A stretch of DNA of 29,301 nt from a virus (Duplodnaviria > Caudoviricetes): the IMG/VR virus record IMGVR_UViG_3300012346_000072, positions 1 through 29,301 of that record; one strand, given 5' to 3'. The notes beneath the pieces were generated by a model. The model made no database searches. It was not told where the DNA came from and saw only the letters and a program-made list of their open reading frames with translations. This document shows, piece after piece, positions 6,832-14,853 of this stretch (the first letter of the stretch is position 1; the number at the start of each line of letters is the position of its first letter). The position numbers were made by a program, and so were the translations under genes.

Positions 6832-7331
6832 TTTACGATTATAATATTTCGGATTTTCAAGATGACTGTTATGCTTTCAATAGCGTTGCAGGTAAAGATA
6901 GTCTGTGTACTTTAAGAGATATTGAGTTTCAGTACAACTTAATCTTAGAGGAAACTAAAGAGATTAAAGAAAAAGGTATTGATCATAACAATGCTAAAGA
7001 AGTAGTTGATGGTGTAGTAGACGTAATGGTTACTGCACTTGGATTGATGCAAAAGCTAGAATATCTTGGTGTAGATATGAATAAAGCTATGCGAGATACA
7101 GCGTACAATAACTTAACAAAGTATCCTTCTGATGAACGCATTGCGATTGAAACTGCACAAAAGTACGAGCAAGAAGGTAAGCAAGTTACTGTTGACTACA
7201 AAGCTGAATATGAATTGTTTGTGATCAAAGATTTTAAAGATAAAGTAATGAAACCCGTTGGATTTGAGAGCAACGATCTAAGCAATTGCATCCCTGCAGA
7301 TTTACTACAGAATGGTTTTAAGGAGGATTGA
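6828..7331 (+). CDS. MazG-like nucleoside triphosphate pyrophosphohydrolase
   Basis: LILEETKE...EVVDGVVDVMVTALG (EExxE / ExxD), NNLTK, KVMKPVGF. Confidence 0.8.
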   Translation: MIYDYNISDFQDDCYAFNSVAGKDSLCTLRDIEFQYNLILEETKEIKEKGIDHNNAKEVVDGVVDVMVTALGLMQKLEYLGVDMNKAMRDTAYNNLTKYPSDERIAIETAQKYEQEGKQVTVDYKAEYELFVIKDFKDKVMKPVGFESNDLSNCIPADLLQNGFKED

Positions 7332-7333
7332 AT

Positions 7334-7906
7334 ATGAGTTTACACAATATTACAGTTGGTGGTAAAGAATATACACCTGTAGAAGATGGAGATACTTCGG
7401 TTAACAATGGTTGTAAAGATTGCTCATTTCGCAATGATGAAGATCGTTGTAACACAGCTATGCATCTTATTGATTGCTATGAAAAGCGAGTGCATTTTGT
7501 GCCAGCATCAACAGTAGACTTGCGATCAAGCACTCAACAAATGAAAGATTGGCAACCTACAAATACTATTACAGTTACCGAAAATCAACCCATAGGTACT
7601 AAATATGATCAAGATAAGTTGCAATACAGCTTGATTCCACCTTATGCTTTAGAACAAATTGCTAAGAATCTTACAGTTGGTCTAAAGAAGTACAAAGAGC
7701 GTAATAACTGGAAGAAGGTAGAAGGTGCAGAACAGCGATATCTAGATGCTCTTTATAGGCACTTAGAAGCCCACAGAAGAGGCGAACTGCATGATACTGA
7801 TAGTAGTGTACCTGATATGCTTCACATGGCTGCAGTGGCTGTTAACGCAATGTTCCTATTGGAATTTATGCTGGACCCTGAACTTAAACAAAAGGATAAT
7901 AAATGA
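7334..7906 (+). CDS. dATP/dGTP diphosphohydrolase-family protein (DUF5664-like) with Cys-rich N-terminal extension
   Basis: GTKYDQDKLQYSLIP...GLKKY..RNNWKK...RYLDALYRHL...HMAAVAVNAMFL; AGGAGG RBS favours ATG 7334. Confidence 0.8.
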   Translation: MSLHNITVGGKEYTPVEDGDTSVNNGCKDCSFRNDEDRCNTAMHLIDCYEKRVHFVPASTVDLRSSTQQMKDWQPTNTITVTENQPIGTKYDQDKLQYSLIPPYALEQIAKNLTVGLKKYKERNNWKKVEGAEQRYLDALYRHLEAHRRGELHDTDSSVPDMLHMAAVAVNAMFLLEFMLDPELKQKDNK

Positions 7907-8052
7907 TATTTTTACAAGTAATTAGTGCATTAGTTTTAATATGTATTATTGTAGTAATGTATGCAAGTGCTATTAAATTAGTAAAAGAACATCGTGAATT
8001 ACACAGCAAAAATACAGATCAAGATAACCTTGATTTAACCAATAAGCAGTGA
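7903..8052 (+). CDS. small membrane-anchored protein (49 aa)
   Basis: AAGGA RBS, ATGA overlap; MIFLQVISALVLICIIVVMYASAIKLVK... Confidence 0.65.
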   Translation: MIFLQVISALVLICIIVVMYASAIKLVKEHRELHSKNTDQDNLDLTNKQ

Positions 8053-8058
8053 TATAAT
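8030..8058 (+). promoter_or_regulatory. sigma70-type promoter upstream of the RNR block
   Basis: TTGATT (8030-8035), 17 nt spacer, TG-n-TATAAT (-10 at 8053-8058). Confidence 0.8.
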
Positions 8059-8089
8059 AGGACTCTCGTTTATTCTGAAAGGTAGTAAA

Positions 8090-8503
8090 ATGAATAAAAA
8101 ACCAACAACTCGCCCCAATGCAATTGTAGCATTATGTATTATTTCCGAATCAGAAATTATTAAAGTAATGCCAAATTACTCAAGTGAGTTTGAAGATAGA
8201 GATGAGCAATTTAAGAACTTTCTTTATTCTTTAGGAATGAATGTAGATAGACCATACCAAAGACAAGATGCACTACAGCACAGAAATCGTTTTAACGAAA
8301 TTGTTGTGTGCAGTCGATGGGTTGGTGAGGAACGATTAGATGAAGCTTGGATCAGTAGTGGATATGCAAGTAGATCAGCTATTGATAAAGCAAGTGGAAG
8401 TAAATTAACGGAAGACATTTATCGTGCTAGGTATGAAACAGAAGATGCACAGGCACTGTTAGAATCCAGAGATAAATACGCAACAACAACAGAGGAAGAT
8501 TAA
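8090..8503 (+). CDS. hypothetical protein
   Basis: AAAGG RBS; its stop abuts the nrdB start. Confidence 0.8.
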   Translation: MNKKPTTRPNAIVALCIISESEIIKVMPNYSSEFEDRDEQFKNFLYSLGMNVDRPYQRQDALQHRNRFNEIVVCSRWVGEERLDEAWISSGYASRSAIDKASGSKLTEDIYRARYETEDAQALLESRDKYATTTEED

Positions 8504-9502
8504 ATGCTAGAAAAATACTTGTTACCTATCAATGAACGACAGGAACCAGTTGAATTTGCAGATCAGCAACTAAAGGTATTTTGGTTGCCAGATGAAATCA
8601 AAGTAGAGAAAGATATTCAGGATGTATTGGTGAATTTCACCCCTGCAGAAAAACATGCAGTTATTACTACACTGAAACTATTTAGTATTTATGAAACACA
8701 TGCTGGTTCCGAATATTGGGGTGGACGGTTTAAGAACATGTTTAATGGTGCAGAATTTCATAGGATGGCATCTGTCTTCTCTATGTTTGAACTAGCAGTT
8801 CACGCACCGTTTTACAATAAGATTAATCAGCTATTACATATTGATACACCTGAGTTTTATACATCATATTTAAATGATCCAGTATTGAACCAACGGGTAG
8901 AACACATTGGTGAAATTATTGATCATCCTGATGATTTGATTTCATTAGCTGCTTTTTCAATGGTAGAAGGTGTAATCTTGTATTCATCTTTTGCTTTCTT
9001 AAAGCATTATCAGTCTCAAGGTAAGAACAAGTTAATGAATATTGTGCGTGGGATTAACTTCTCAGTACGTGATGAAAATATGCATTCTACTGGTGGTGCT
9101 TGGGCTTTTAAATATAAGCTAGAGCAACTAAAGCAAACTCTTTCACCTGAAGCTTTTGAACTACATAAGTTAGCAATTGAAGCTCAAGTTCGACTAGTTG
9201 CACAAAAGCTGTATGAACATGAATGCCAGATCATCGCTAAGTTGTTTGAACAAGGTGAAATCAAAGGTATCACTGCTCATCAACTTGAGAACTTTGTGCA
9301 GTCAAGAGTTAATGAGTGTTTGAAGCAATTAGGGTTTGCAAAAGAGTATGATGTGAAGTATAATCCTGTAAGCGAATGGTTTTATAAGGGTATTAACAAC
9401 TATCAATTTAACGATTTCTTTTCAGGTCAAGGTCGGGAATATAATCGAAATTGGGATCAATCTGGATTTGTATGGAAAAAAGATGTACAAAATGTGGAAT
9501 AA
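8504..9502 (+). CDS. nrdB: ribonucleotide reductase class I, beta subunit
   Basis: FWLPDEI, ELAVHAPFY, VEGVILYSSF, RDENMH, C-terminal DFF...EY. Confidence 0.95.
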   Translation: MLEKYLLPINERQEPVEFADQQLKVFWLPDEIKVEKDIQDVLVNFTPAEKHAVITTLKLFSIYETHAGSEYWGGRFKNMFNGAEFHRMASVFSMFELAVHAPFYNKINQLLHIDTPEFYTSYLNDPVLNQRVEHIGEIIDHPDDLISLAAFSMVEGVILYSSFAFLKHYQSQGKNKLMNIVRGINFSVRDENMHSTGGAWAFKYKLEQLKQTLSPEAFELHKLAIEAQVRLVAQKLYEHECQIIAKLFEQGEIKGITAHQLENFVQSRVNECLKQLGFAKEYDVKYNPVSEWFYKGINNYQFNDFFSGQGREYNRNWDQSGFVWKKDVQNVE

Positions 9503-10011
9503 CTAAATTATTCTCAGAATTTACTTTAAATAAAAATCGTCCTGATAAACTTACTGTCTGGTGTAAAAATTGTTCCAAGCAAAGTAGGGATGATTATTAT
9601 TTAAAAAATAAGGAGAAAATTAAAGAGAAGCATTTGGAATGGAGAGCAAACAATAAAGATTATATTGCAACTCAGCGAAATATTAAAAAACAGGAAGACC
9701 CACGAAAAACTCTATTGTATGCAGCAAAATACAGGGCTACACAGAGAGGTCTTCCTTTTAATCTTGAGTTAGAAGACATTGTAATTCCAGAATATTGTCC
9801 TGTTCTAAATATAAAATTAGAATTTTTCCATACATCTCAAAATAGATCATCACCAAGCTTAGATCGAATAGACTCAAATCTAGGCTATACAAAAGATAAC
9901 ATACAGGTAATAAGCTGGTTAGCTAATACAATGAAAACAAACGCTTCAAAAGAAGAGTTGTTATTGTTTGCTAATTGGGTATTATCTACATTTAAGGAAA
10001 CAAATGAGTAA
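9472..10011 (+). CDS. free-standing HNH (homing-type) endonuclease
   Basis: CTKC...CKNC zinc finger, YCPVL, SPSLDRIDSNLGYTKDNIQVIS..AN..K; overlaps the nrdB end and the nrdA start. Confidence 0.85.
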   Translation: MEKRCTKCGITKLFSEFTLNKNRPDKLTVWCKNCSKQSRDDYYLKNKEKIKEKHLEWRANNKDYIATQRNIKKQEDPRKTLLYAAKYRATQRGLPFNLELEDIVIPEYCPVLNIKLEFFHTSQNRSSPSLDRIDSNLGYTKDNIQVISWLANTMKTNASKEELLLFANWVLSTFKETNE

Positions 10012-11698
10012 TATTTATAAAGAACTAAGTGAAGAGCGCAAGAAACTACAGGAGCAAGATTTAGTTCCTCAGTGGTACACAACTGCAGGTTATCAGATGT
10101 TCAAGGATAAGTATGAATATCAGACCGAAGGTCGTTCTGTACGTGGTCAATTCGAAAGGATAGCCCGTACTGCAGCAAAACATGTTCCAATGCTTGCTAA
10201 TGCTGAAGCAGAGTTCTTTAAACTGCTTTGGAACGGTTGGTTATCTCCTAGCACACCTGTACTAGCCAACATGGGTACAAGCCGTGGAATGCCTGTTTCA
10301 TGCTCAGGAACCATTGCTGATGATTCTGTAGACGGTTTCTACAGTAACTTGCATGAAGTTGCCATGTTGACTAAATACGGTTTTGGTACAGCAACTGACT
10401 TAAGCAGTGTTCGTCCTCGTGGCTCCAAGATTAGCGTAGGTGGTAAAGCTTCTGGTGTTCTACCTGTGATTAAAGAGCACGTTAACGCTATGCGTAATAT
10501 TGCACAAGGTACTGCACGTAGAGGTGCGTGGGCTTTCTATCTAGATATCGAACACGGTGACTTCAACGAAATCTCTGATCATATTTTAGCGGAACCCGAT
10601 GATTTGAACGCAGGTTGGACCATTCGACAATCATTCATTGATCGTTTAGAAGCTGGTGACCGTGATGCTATTGAACGCTTTCAGAAAGCCATGAAGATCA
10701 AAATGGTAACGGGTAAGGGTTATTTCTTCTTCATTGACAAAGCCAATGCTAAACGTCCGATTACTTATGTGGATCATGGGCTAAAGATTAATAACTCACA
10801 GCTATGCTCTGAGATTATGCTGTTCAACGATAAAGATCATACTTATACTTGTGTGCTATCTTCAATGAATGCTGCTAAGTACAGAGAATGGCGGCACACC
10901 AATGCAGCTTATTGGGCAACTATCTTCTTAGATTGTGTAGCTTCTGAATTCATCGAAAGAGCAGAAGGTATTAACGGTCTAGAGAAAGCTGTACGATTCA
11001 CTAAGAAGAGTAGAGCACTGGGTTTAGGTCTATGCGGTATCCATACGCTGTTTATGCAAGAGATGCTACCGTTCGAAGGCTTTGATGCACATAGGTTAAG
11101 TCAAGAGATTCAATCTGTTATTTGGGACCATGCACAACATGCTACTAAAGTAATGGCTGCACTATTAGGTGAACCAGAGTGGTGTAAAGGTTATGGTATT
11201 CGTAATACGCACTTGATCGCTATTGCACCTACTAAATCAACTGCTTTGCTAATGGGTGGTGTATCAGAAGGTATTAATCCTGATCCAGCTATGAGTTACA
11301 ATCAAATGACTTCTGCAGGTGAAATTGATCGCTTGAATCCTGTGCTACTTGAGCTAATGAAAAAGAAAGGTGTTTACACCAAGAAACATGTGCAAGAGAT
11401 TACAGATAAGCAAGGATCGGTTCAGCACGTAGAATGGTTAACAGAAGATGAAAAGCAAGTATTTAAAACTGCTTTTGAAATCAACCAGAAAGCTGTGCTA
11501 AGATTAGCTTCTGCACGTAGTCGATATATTGATCAATGGCAGTCTTTGAATCTGTTCTTTGCTGCTGATGAAGACCCTGCTTGGATTGCTGAAGTTCACG
11601 CTGAAGCTTTCCGTGATCCCAATATCTTAGCGTTGTATTACATTTATACTCAAGCTGGTGTACAAGCCAGTAAAGGTGAATGCGAAGCTTGTCAATAA
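10004..11698 (+). CDS. nrdA: ribonucleotide reductase class I, alpha subunit (no ATP cone)
   Basis: SPSTPVLAN, PVSC, QLCSEI, CVLSS, IAPT, LYY, C-terminal CEAC; AAGGA RBS before ATG 10004. Confidence 0.95.
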   Translation: MSNIYKELSEERKKLQEQDLVPQWYTTAGYQMFKDKYEYQTEGRSVRGQFERIARTAAKHVPMLANAEAEFFKLLWNGWLSPSTPVLANMGTSRGMPVSCSGTIADDSVDGFYSNLHEVAMLTKYGFGTATDLSSVRPRGSKISVGGKASGVLPVIKEHVNAMRNIAQGTARRGAWAFYLDIEHGDFNEISDHILAEPDDLNAGWTIRQSFIDRLEAGDRDAIERFQKAMKIKMVTGKGYFFFIDKANAKRPITYVDHGLKINNSQLCSEIMLFNDKDHTYTCVLSSMNAAKYREWRHTNAAYWATIFLDCVASEFIERAEGINGLEKAVRFTKKSRALGLGLCGIHTLFMQEMLPFEGFDAHRLSQEIQSVIWDHAQHATKVMAALLGEPEWCKGYGIRNTHLIAIAPTKSTALLMGGVSEGINPDPAMSYNQMTSAGEIDRLNPVLLELMKKKGVYTKKHVQEITDKQGSVQHVEWLTEDEKQVFKTAFEINQKAVLRLASARSRYIDQWQSLNLFFAADEDPAWIAEVHAEAFRDPNILALYYIYTQAGVQASKGECEACQ

Positions 11699-11711
11699 CT
11701 GAAAGGAAATT

Positions 11712-11954
11712 ATGCAAAAACTAGTAGTATTTAAGGCACATTGGTGTAACCCTTGTAAGATGCTTGCGAAAACACTACAGGATACTGATCTTGGTATTCC
11801 AGTAGAAACAGTAGATATTGATGCTGACCCTACAGCTACAACTGAATATGACATTCGTGGAGTACCAACTGTACTTCTTATGAGTGAAAATCAAGTTATG
11901 AAACGCAGGTCAGGTTACATGAATGCTGAACAATTAAAAGAGTTTGTTTCGTAA
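11712..11954 (+). CDS. thioredoxin
   Basis: WCNPC active site, IRGVPT; follows nrdA. Confidence 0.9.
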   Translation: MQKLVVFKAHWCNPCKMLAKTLQDTDLGIPVETVDIDADPTATTEYDIRGVPTVLLMSENQVMKRRSGYMNAEQLKEFVS

Positions 11955-11965
11955 AGTACAGACGT

Positions 11966-12008
11966 AAAAAAGCCCCGAGTCCTGTAAAGGATATCGGGGT
12001 TTTCTTTT
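11966..12008. terminator. bidirectional intrinsic terminator between convergent arms
   Basis: AAAAAAGCCCCGA-GTCCT-GTAA-AGGAT-ATCGGGGTTTTCTTTT, with an A tract on one side and a T tract on the other. Confidence 0.9.
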
Positions 12009-12471
12009 ATGCGTGAATACCGTTTAAATAAACAGTCTTACCATTTTGTTTTACTGCAGTTAGCACTTGTCGTTTTAGATTATTAGGATCATATGATACA
12101 TGTACCCAACCACTATCAGGAATACCTGCTGTATAAAACTCTAAAATAATCTGCGTATAGTCAAAGTTATCTGCTAAGTATTGAGCAATCTCAGCATTGG
12201 GTACACCGGGAATTTCAATATCAGCGGCTTGTCCTTTGCAATGATCGGAGGTTCTAACGCCTCCTACGGCTGCATTTACGTCAGGACTACGGTAGGCACT
12301 GTTGACTTTAATTCCGAGCTTGTAGGCATCTCTGAGGGGCTGCAATACCTGTTCGCAAAGTAACTGCAGATTAGCAATTACAGTTTCATCTGGTGTATTG
12401 TCAATATCCCTACGAATTGCAATTTCACTCTTAGTCATTTCAGCCAATGAGAAATGTTCAGTAAGTTTCAT
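12007..12471 (-). CDS. endolysin, peptidase M15 family
   Basis: HFSLAEM, SAYRS...N..VGG..TSDHCKGQAADI, WVHVSY (H-x6-D...H zinc ligands). Confidence 0.9.
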   Translation of the reverse strand: MKLTEHFSLAEMTKSEIAIRRDIDNTPDETVIANLQLLCEQVLQPLRDAYKLGIKVNSAYRSPDVNAAVGGVRTSDHCKGQAADIEIPGVPNAEIAQYLADNFDYTQIILEFYTAGIPDSGWVHVSYDPNNLKRQVLTAVKQNGKTVYLNGIHA

Positions 12472-12920
12472 TTGTTATCCTTTAAAATAGGCCAAGCTTC
12501 TCTTAACGTTCTGGAATCAAGGGCGTGACCTTGAGCTTTTCCTGCCATTTCTGTAAGAGCACTTGTACACTCTGAGAATACGGCTGTTGCGGTTGTGGCG
12601 TAGTCTCTAACGGAGCTACAGGTAGAACTATTGATGGCGGCGCTATTACGGGTGTTGTAGTCCCGCACCCACTCAAGCTGACTATTAAGAGCAGCATTAG
12701 CGGCAGCGTTTTTAGCAGCAGAAATTTGGGCTTGTTTAAGAGCTTCATCTTTTTTCCTTTGTAAGTCGTTAGTATCTTCAGCAGCTTTTTGAGTAGCTAT
12801 CATAATTGCATTTGCATGTTGTATTTGCATTGCACTAATTTCAGCATCTGAACGTAAACCTTGTAAATAAAAACCAAATACAAAAGCTGCAGTAGTAAGA
12901 CCTAAAGTTAAATAGTTCAT
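12468..12920 (-). CDS. inner-membrane spanin (Rz-like)
   Basis: N-terminal TM segment, Ala-rich coiled coil, next to the endolysin, hosts an embedded lipoprotein gene. Confidence 0.8.
   Translation of the reverse strand: MNYLTLGLTTAAFVFGFYLQGLRSDAEISAMQIQHANAIMIATQKAAEDTNDLQRKKDEALKQAQISAAKNAAANAALNSQLEWVRDYNTRNSAAINSSTCSSVRDYATTATAVFSECTSALTEMAGKAQGHALDSRTLREAWPILKDNK
12503..12748 (-). CDS. outer-membrane spanin lipoprotein (Rz1-like), fully embedded in the i-spanin gene
   Basis: Signal peptide with lipobox LSGC, then a Pro-rich mature part, in an alternative frame. Confidence 0.8.
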   Translation of the reverse strand: MKLLNKPKFLLLKTLPLMLLLIVSLSGCGTTTPVIAPPSIVLPVAPLETTPQPQQPYSQSVQVLLQKWQEKLKVTPLIPER

Positions 12921-13339
12921 AGCATTCCTTGTGATGGTGGTGGAGGTCTAACAATAGGAGGTGGAGGTGTTGTTCGTATAATTGAATTTTGAGTTACACT
13001 AGCGTTAGGTGCATTATTACTCATGGTTCCACGAATATAAGCAGTAGCTGCCATAAATGCAACCACAATACTCCCCATAGCTGCAGTAAAAGTAGTAACC
13101 AAACCCATTACCAAATTAATTTTATCTGTATTAACAAAAGGCGTTAGCATTACTAAGATAATTAACAAAGGTAGAAACATCGCTGCCCAAGCCATCAATC
13201 TTTGTTGATCAGCTAACTTATCCATGTTTTCAATCTGTAGCATTCTTTCACTACGATTTAGTTCTTCATCGGTTACAACACCATCGTGATTTACATCAAA
13301 CTGTTCATAAATAGAATTTGCTTCTAATTTCTTTGACAT
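12917..13339 (-). CDS. membrane protein with EF-hand-like loop (holin candidate)
   Basis: DVNHDGVVTDEE loop, two TM segments, Pro-rich tail; GAGG RBS before ATG 13339. Confidence 0.6.
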   Translation of the reverse strand: MSKKLEANSIYEQFDVNHDGVVTDEELNRSERMLQIENMDKLADQQRLMAWAAMFLPLLIILVMLTPFVNTDKINLVMGLVTTFTAAMGSIVVAFMAATAYIRGTMSNNAPNASVTQNSIIRTTPPPPIVRPPPPSQGML

Positions 13340-13340
13340 A

Positions 13341-13823
13341 TTAAACACCTCGCATCAATGGATATAATGTAGCAATTAATAAATAAAATAAATATAATAA
13401 AATCACAAGTAATGAATACATGAATATATTTTCTATTACTTGTTTTTTATGTTCTCTTTGTAACTTATCAGCCTTTATTCTTTCAACAGTTATTTTTCTG
13501 CGGTCTTCCATCATTTCTTGATACGCATATTCACCGTAAGCCATTTTGACCATCATCATTAGCTCATATTCTTGTTTTATTACGGCTCTACGTCTTACTA
13601 CATTATCCAGAGCTTCTTGTTCAACTGAACCTTTATTTATTATCTTCTTAAATACAGATGGTGCAACTTCTTCTTCAGATGATCGTTTTAAATCAGAGGC
13701 AGCAGTAAAGAATTTACCTAATGCACCGGAGATTTCATGCATCTCTCGACCTACTTCTATCCCTTGCTTAACTGCATTGTAAGCAGCAGTGGCCAATGCA
13801 AAGGCGCTTACAGGATCAATCAT
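13341..13823 (-). CDS. hypothetical protein with C-terminal TM segment
   Basis: MIDPVSAFALA N-terminus, helical middle, hydrophobic C-terminus. Confidence 0.75.
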   Translation of the reverse strand: MIDPVSAFALATAAYNAVKQGIEVGREMHEISGALGKFFTAASDLKRSSEEEVAPSVFKKIINKGSVEQEALDNVVRRRAVIKQEYELMMMVKMAYGEYAYQEMMEDRRKITVERIKADKLQREHKKQVIENIFMYSLLVILLYLFYLLIATLYPLMRGV

Positions 13824-14050
13824 TATACACCTATGATTAATTTAATAACATTGGTTATTCCGATTGCTTGAGATAATACAACCAATACTGCACCGATTGC
13901 TAAATATTTGATTTGATTTAATGTGTTTTCTATACCAGTTAATGAATTGCTTAACTTTGTAGAAATATCCTGAAGTTTTCTTAGCTCATCAGCATGATCT
14001 TCTACTTTTAATTCTAGTTTAATTACTCTGTGTTCTATCTGCTCTGACAT
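13823..14050 (-). CDS. coiled-coil protein with C-terminal TM (XhlA-like/holin-accessory candidate)
   Basis: Start moved to ATG 14050 (MSEQIEHRVIKLE) because the longer start overlaps a terminator; coiled coil then hydrophobic tail. Confidence 0.6.
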   Translation of the reverse strand: MSEQIEHRVIKLELKVEDHADELRKLQDISTKLSNSLTGIENTLNQIKYLAIGAVLVVLSQAIGITNVIKLIIGV

Positions 14051-14077
14051 AACTAATCTTTCAAAAATATACCATAT

Positions 14078-14106
14078 AACAAAATAGGCCACCCGAAGGT
14101 GACCTA
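14078..14106 (-). terminator. intrinsic terminator with UUCG tetraloop
   Basis: Minus strand TAGGTCACC-TTCG-GGTGGCCTA-TTTTGTT. Confidence 0.8.
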
Positions 14107-14116
14107 ACATTGATAT

Positions 14117-14145
14117 ATTATATCATCATTCTTATTATAAATCAA
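14117..14145 (-). promoter_or_regulatory. sigma70-type promoter upstream of the lysis cassette
   Basis: Minus strand TTGATT, 17 nt spacer, TG-n-TATAAT. Confidence 0.75.
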
Positions 14146-14156
14146 GGATTAATTAA

Positions 14157-14609
14157 TTATTGAGGTGAAACAGGCCAATTAATAGACCAAGGAAAACTTA
14201 GTTGTTTAGTAACATCTCTGAGTGTCTGTCTATAAGTTACCCACTCTTCTTTATTAATAATCGCAGAATCAGGCATTTGTGACCAATCACTTTGTGCTAA
14301 TAATGAGTTTCTTTGTGCTCTTATTGCATTTGACTGATCTGATAACCTTTGAGCAACTTCTTCTTCTGTTGCGTTACTAATGATCCAAGTTTGTGTCCAG
14401 TTAGCACCAACAAGTTTAGCTAATCCTTCTTTTACATTCTGAGTAGCAAAATTGACAACAGGACGTTCAACTTCTTTTAAAGCATAAACTGAATACTGTG
14501 CTAATAATTCTGCAGATGGATTCTTTGGAAAACTAACCTGTGGATTATCACGGCGTAATTCCCCGATTGAATAATTCTCAGGTTTACCGTTTGTTAATTT
14601 AATATACAT
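14157..14609 (-). CDS. tail fibre assembly chaperone-like protein
   Basis: C-terminal IRAQRNSLLAQSDWSQMPD...WVTYRQTLRDV...FPWSINWP motif. Confidence 0.8.
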   Translation of the reverse strand: MYIKLTNGKPENYSIGELRRDNPQVSFPKNPSAELLAQYSVYALKEVERPVVNFATQNVKEGLAKLVGANWTQTWIISNATEEEVAQRLSDQSNAIRAQRNSLLAQSDWSQMPDSAIINKEEWVTYRQTLRDVTKQLSFPWSINWPVSPQ

Positions 14610-14610
14610 A

Positions 14611-14853
14611 TTATCCTTTTAATTGACTTTGAATTACTTTTAACATTACTTTTTCTTTAGCTTGTTCTTGCAAACTAGATTGAAGTAAATCTTTTAGATT
14701 ATTAGCAAACTCAATCATGTGTAATTCATTTGCATGATTCTCTTCAATTTCAGCAATAGCAAGCCTGTAGTTATCAATGTTAATTTGATAATGCATAACT
14801 TCTTGCTCTCGTTGTGCTGCTGATGCTTTTAAAATACTATCTTTTTGATTCAT
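14611..14853 (-). CDS. hypothetical helical protein (80 aa)
   Basis: GGAGG RBS; abuts the propeller gene. Confidence 0.75.
   Translation of the reverse strand: MNQKDSILKASAAQREQEVMHYQINIDNYRLAIAEIEENHANELHMIEFANNLKDLLQSSLQEQAKEKVMLKVIQSQLKG

Noticed and set aside
8018-8034. FNR or NrdR box upstream of the RNR genes
   Set aside because: Half-sites are in the opposite order and spacing to FNR (TTGAT-N4-ATCAA) and do not fit the NrdR box
9451-10011. Group I intron or intein in the RNR genes
   Set aside because: nrdB and nrdA each have complete termini and motifs; the HNH is free-standing
14051-14110. Longer N-terminus given for ORF 13823..14110 (likewise 27330-27392 and 9968-10003)
   Set aside because: Extensions run through terminator/hairpin sequence or the previous gene; downstream ATGs have better context
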